A DNA stretch of 37,285 nucleotides, from assembly GCF_001194135.2 (NCBI RefSeq), contig NC_068985.1, positions 24,451,559-24,488,843 on the forward strand. Reading direction: 5' to 3'. The notes beneath the pieces are model-generated. The model saw nothing but the letters and a program-made list of their open reading frames with translations. It was not told where the DNA came from and did not search any database. Position numbers and translations under genes: made by a program. The stretch is from Octopus bimaculoides (taxonomy: Eukaryota). Positions within the stretch are counted from its first letter, which is position 1. Each line of letters starts with the position of its first letter. Shown here piece by piece: positions 33,023 to 37,285 of this stretch.

Positions 33023-33861
33023 CGAGGGTGAGTCAAAAAGTTATGCCAGTTTAAGACAGGTATAATTACCAACACAGGAACATGTATCATACATCAGAAT
33101 GAAGCTGGTCCTCTGTGGATTACATCCCTACTCCTCAACGTAGCCACTGTTTCGCTTAATAGCAATGTTCCACCTTCGAATGAGAGCATGAATCACTGCC
33201 CCGTAAAATTCTGTTGACTGTTCTTTGAGCCACTTCTTCACTACAGTTTTCACTTCTTCGTCACTGGAATAATGTTTGCCTCTCAAAGCCTCTTTCGTGG
33301 CGCCGAAGAGATGATAATCTGAAGGCACTGAATTTGGTGAGTGTGGAGGTAGTGAAGAAGTGGCTCAAAGAACAGTCAACAGAATTTTATGGGGCGAGTT
33401 GGCAGAATCGTTAGCACACCGGGCGAAATGCTTAGCGGTATTTCGTCTGCCGTTACGTTCTGAGTTCAAATTCCGNNNNNNNNNNGCGAAATGCTTAGCG
33501 GTATTTCGTCTGCCGTTACGTTCTGAGTTCAAATTCCGCCGAAGTCGACTTTGCCTTTCATCCTTTCGGGGTCGATAAATTAAGTACCAGTTACGCACTG
33601 GGGTCGATGTAATCGACGTAATCCCTTTGCCTGTCCTTGCTTGTCCCCTCTATGTTTATCCCCTTGTGGGCAATAAAGAAATAAGAATTTTATGGGGCAG
33701 GGATACATGCTCTCATTCGAAGGTGGAACATTGCTATTGAGAGAAACGGTGACTATGTTGAGAAGTAGGGATGTGCTCCACAGAGTACCAGCTTCATTTT
33801 GATGTGTGATACATGTTCCTGTGTTGGTAATTATACCTGTCCTAAACAAAATGGCATTACT
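33023..33861. mobile_element. palindromic mariner derivative made of two transposase 3' ends
   Basis: TA|CGAGGGTGAGTCAAAAAG TIR at left. 33350-33023 is the minus-strand C-terminus (PPHSPNSVPSDYHLFGA..VKKWLKEQSTEFY..RRWNIAIKRNSGYVEE*). 33351-33861 repeats that C-terminus on the plus strand and runs into a gap just before the expected TIR. Confidence 0.9.
33393..33683 (+). mobile_element. tail-A SINE nested in the right mariner arm, 15-bp TSD
   Basis: TSD AGAATTTTATGGGGC at 33381-33395 and 33684-33698 (its last 3 nt overlap the SINE head). About 50 bp are duplicated around a 10-N gap. Confidence 0.95.
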
Positions 33862-35788
33862 NNNNNNNNNNNNNNNNNNNNNNNNNNNNNNNNNNNNNNN
33901 NNNNNNNNNNNNNNNNNNNNNNNNNNNNNNNNNNNNNNNNNNNNNNNNNNNNNNNNNNNNNNNNNNNNNNNNNNNNNNNNNNNNNNNNNNNNNNNNNNNN
34001 NNNNNNNNNNNNNNNNNNNNNNNNNNNNNNNNNNNNNNNNNNNNNNNNNNNNNNNNNNNNNNNNNNNNNNNNNNNNNNNNNNNNNNNNNNNNNNNNNNNN
34101 NNNNNNNNTATATATATATACATATACATCTCTTTCATAAAAGATGTAGCTGTAATATAGTGGGAACAAGAGAATCGATACTAGTTGTTCCCTTAAAACT
34201 GGCCAGTGAAAAATAAATCATTATTCCAGAAGTGTAATTGATGAAAGTTGTCTGCGTATTGACCTCAGTTTGTTGCCTACTCCGAAAGAGGAGTTTAATC
34301 GGAAAAAGTGGTACTCAACTGATACTTAGTCAATGACCTTCATCTGGTTGCTATCATTCCCTAATGAGGAAAATCTAAATATATAAATTTATTAACAACA
34401 ATAAAGAAAATACTTTCTCTAGACTTTCTGGTTGTCTGGAATTGGCTAATTAGAAGCTGTGTGCCGGCTGAAGCTAATGCTAATATGAAACAAGAGTCCA
34501 TCAGAAAATGGTGTTCGCCGGTTGGTAACAGCTTAAGTGTCAACGACATTGCAAATGTGTTCATTGCTCCTTAAAAGCTGGTACAGATATAATATTGCCA
34601 TATTAACGCCAGATAGTCATTATTATTAACTTAAAAAACGATTAGCATAGAGTAATCAAGTCATTTGAACTTTGCAGATTCGTTAACCTCTTGCTGATGT
34701 GGGCTTTACAAATGAATATTGATTAGTTTTTAATCACGAATCTGAGCATTATCAGAAAAGCGAACGGAACGGAACGGAACTGAAGACCAAAATTTGTATC
34801 GCGTGGATGTTGCTTTATTTCAACATGACGGTGTTGTATGAGCCATAATGCGGTTAATTATTCGTCAGATTTTTGTAAGTGTATTAGCTCGGTGTATATC
34901 GAAGGTGTGGATTTTATAAGACCATTCTCTGATAATGTTGATTTTCTAACCATCTGTCAGTTACTCTCTCTCACACTCTTTCACCCTCTCTTTCTCTCCT
35001 TCTCCCTGCACCTTCACTCTCTCATACACGCACAATATATATATATATATATANNNNNNNNNNNNNNNNNNNNNNNNNNNNNNNNNNNNNNNNNNNNNNN
35101 NNNNNNNNNNNNNNNNNNNNNNNNNNNNNNNNNNNNNNNNNNNNNNNNNNNNNNNNNNNNNNNNNNNNNNNNNNNNNNNNNNNNNNNNNNNNNNNNNNNN
35201 NNNNNNNNNNNNNNNNNNNNNNNNNNNNNNNNNNNNNNNNNNNNNNNNNNNNNNNNNNNNNNNNNNNNNNNNNNNNNNNNNNNNNNNNNNNNNNNNNNNN
35301 NNNNNNNNNNNNNNNNNNNNNNNNNNNNNNNNNNNNNNNNNNNNNNNNNNNNNNNNNNNNNNNNNNNNNNNNNNNNNNNNNNNNNNNNNNNNNNNNNNNN
35401 NNNNNNNNNNNNNNNNNNNNNNNNNNNNNNNNNNNNNNNNNNNNNNNNNNNNNNNNNNNNNNNNNNNNNNNNNNNNNNNNNNNNNNNNNNNNNNNNNNNN
35501 NNNNNNNNNNNNNNNNNNNNNNNNNNNNNNNNNNNNNNNNNNNNNNNNNNNNNNNNNNNNNNNNNNNNNNNNNNNNNNNNNNNNNNNNNNNNNNNNNNNN
35601 NNNNNNNNNNNNNNNNNNNNNNNTATATATATATATATATTTCCATATGAATATATGTGTATATACATGTGTACATATATGTAAATATATTGTCTATGTG
35701 CATGTACACACATGAATACACACGCATACACGCATGCAGACACATGCATACTACACGCACATACACACACACACACATATTACATATA

Positions 35789-36010
35789 CCACTGCGTAGC
35801 ACCTTGGGCAAGTGTGTTCTACTATAGCCCGACCAAAGCCTTGTGAGTGGATTTGGCAGACGGAAACAGAAAAAATCCCGTCGTATGTGTGTGTGTGTGT
35901 GTATTTATGTGTGTGTTCTTTGTCCCTGTGCTCCAGATGGTGCTCCAGCATGGTGCTCCAGCATGGCCGCAGTGAAATGATTGAAACAAGTAGAAAAATA
36001 AAAGATTAAA
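35789..36010 (+). mobile_element. SINE family D, 5'-truncated and internally deleted
   Basis: CCACTGCGTAGCACCTTGGGCAAGTG..GGTGCTCCAGCATGGCCGCAGTGAAATGATTGAAACAAG; GGTGCTCCAG(C)AT is triplicated. Confidence 0.85.
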
Positions 36011-36189
36011 AGGTTATACGTGTCAGTGGATGTGTGTAGATAAAAAAGAGAAAGAGCGTGACATTGATAACACTCAAGGTTAAATGTTTCGTTATCCACT
36101 CATCTAAGATGGCTGGATTGAAGAAAAAAACACCTGAACCTCGTGATCATTCATGCTTTCCCAATGATGATATCGGAAGACAAAAAAAT

Positions 36190-36375
36190 AATAGCAACTA
36201 CAGAATTGAAACCGGTTTGTGAAAACCATATTGCGTTTATGTTTATACTTGAATAGCAACTACAGAATTGAAACCGGATTGCGAAAACCGTATTGTGTTT
36301 ATGTATACACATGAATAGCAACTATAGAATTGAAACCGGATTGCGAAAACCGTATTGCGTTTATGTATATATGTG
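36190..36375. repeat. 62-bp minisatellite, 3 copies
   Basis: Units start at 36190, 36252 and 36314: AATAGCAACTACAGAATTGAAACCGGATTGCGAAAACCGTATTGCGTTTATGT... Confidence 0.95.
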
Positions 36376-37071
36376 TGCACATATATATTTCTGAACGCTT
36401 ATGCATCCAACATTTGTATCACCCACTGAATACAGAAACTAATTAAAAGAAAGAAATCTTTTTCCGTGTATCTATGACAATATGATGAAATCATAGCAAG
36501 GAGGTTTGACGAATCATGAATGGATTTTTTCTTAATCTTCAATTATAATGGTTTATAGATCTTTATAATAACATATCGATAAAATATATAATGGAAGATT
36601 AAGAAAAATATTAATCTATAAGATATTATTTTTTGAATTTCGTTTTCTTTGTATTCATTCATTTATTTATATATAGATATATTGGCAATTTGTGAGTCGC
36701 AAAAGATCCAGCAGATAGACTCCTCACAATAGATTTCTCCAGTCAATGATTCCTCCTTGTTGTTAATGATGCAAAACTGTATTCTTAGCAAAGAGACTCA
36801 CCAAATCAAACTGTTCTCTGAGTTAAAATATTTTTTAAAAGTAGCTCAATCTACTGGCAGACATTTTACCAGAATTTCCTGATTGTTAGAAGCGGGAGAA
36901 GAAACCGCACAACTCTTGGGCCGCTGCATCAATCCGTAATAAGGGAGTGCGCTCTCATAACTACGTAACTACTTACACATTCGCGCACACGCCACCCACC
37001 CCCCACACACATGTATATGTATGTATGTGTATGCAGTTTCGCTCATAGGTCGGTTATCTCCCTTGTCAATG

Positions 37072-37103
<32 letters not shown>

Positions 37104-37202
37104 AGATAAACTTACTTGAAAGTAGATGCGTGGAGTTCAATTATATAATAATATAAATAAAATTTATATATAAGCATATATGCATAGATATATGTACGTA
37201 CT

Positions 37203-37237
<35 letters not shown>

Positions 37238-37238
37238 G

Positions 37239-37285
<47 letters not shown>

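Noticed and set aside
33426-33535. Internal ~50-bp duplication in the nested SINE
   Set aside because: Identical sequence on both sides of a 10-N gap; an assembly overlap.
7921-33683. tRNA genes suggested by A and B boxes
   Set aside because: All are SINE heads continuing into core and tail; none folds as a full cloverleaf.
36190-36375. CRISPR-like array
   Set aside because: Whole units repeat with no unique spacers, the context is eukaryotic, and there are no cas genes.
36795-36900. Minus-strand TTG|GTGAGT donor with an upstream acceptor
   Set aside because: All three frames of the implied exon contain stops.

Overview
Eukaryotic, AT-rich, microsatellite-dense draft scaffold with 13 N-gaps (about 4.9 kb). 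The repeat content looks like an Octopus genome; this rests on my recognition of the SINE sequences and is not database-verified. No intact protein-coding gene, tRNA, rRNA or CRISPR array is supported. The window is mostly transposon relics: three tRNA-derived SINE families (about 25 copies or fragments, five with clear target-site duplications), two mariner families, Penelope-like RT and GIY-YIG relics with pLTR pieces, a same-strand stack of R4/Dong-like RLE retrotransposons, an L1/Tx1-like fragment, a CR1-like 3' end, a TTAA-flanked MITE, a hAT-like end and a 62-bp minisatellite. The most interesting structures are: (1) a SINE that sits three times at the same nucleotide in box A of older copies of its own family; (2) a palindromic mariner built from two 3' ends, one arm interrupted by a SINE and the other preserving the empty site; (3) a Penelope 5' junction sealed by a 51-bp fold-back next to a hammerhead-like motif; (4) a SINE and a CR1-like LINE sharing a 3' tail; (5) a few possible small host exons in unique DNA. 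All alignments and translations were done by eye. Family labels A-E are mine, and boundaries without a TSD or TIR are approximate.
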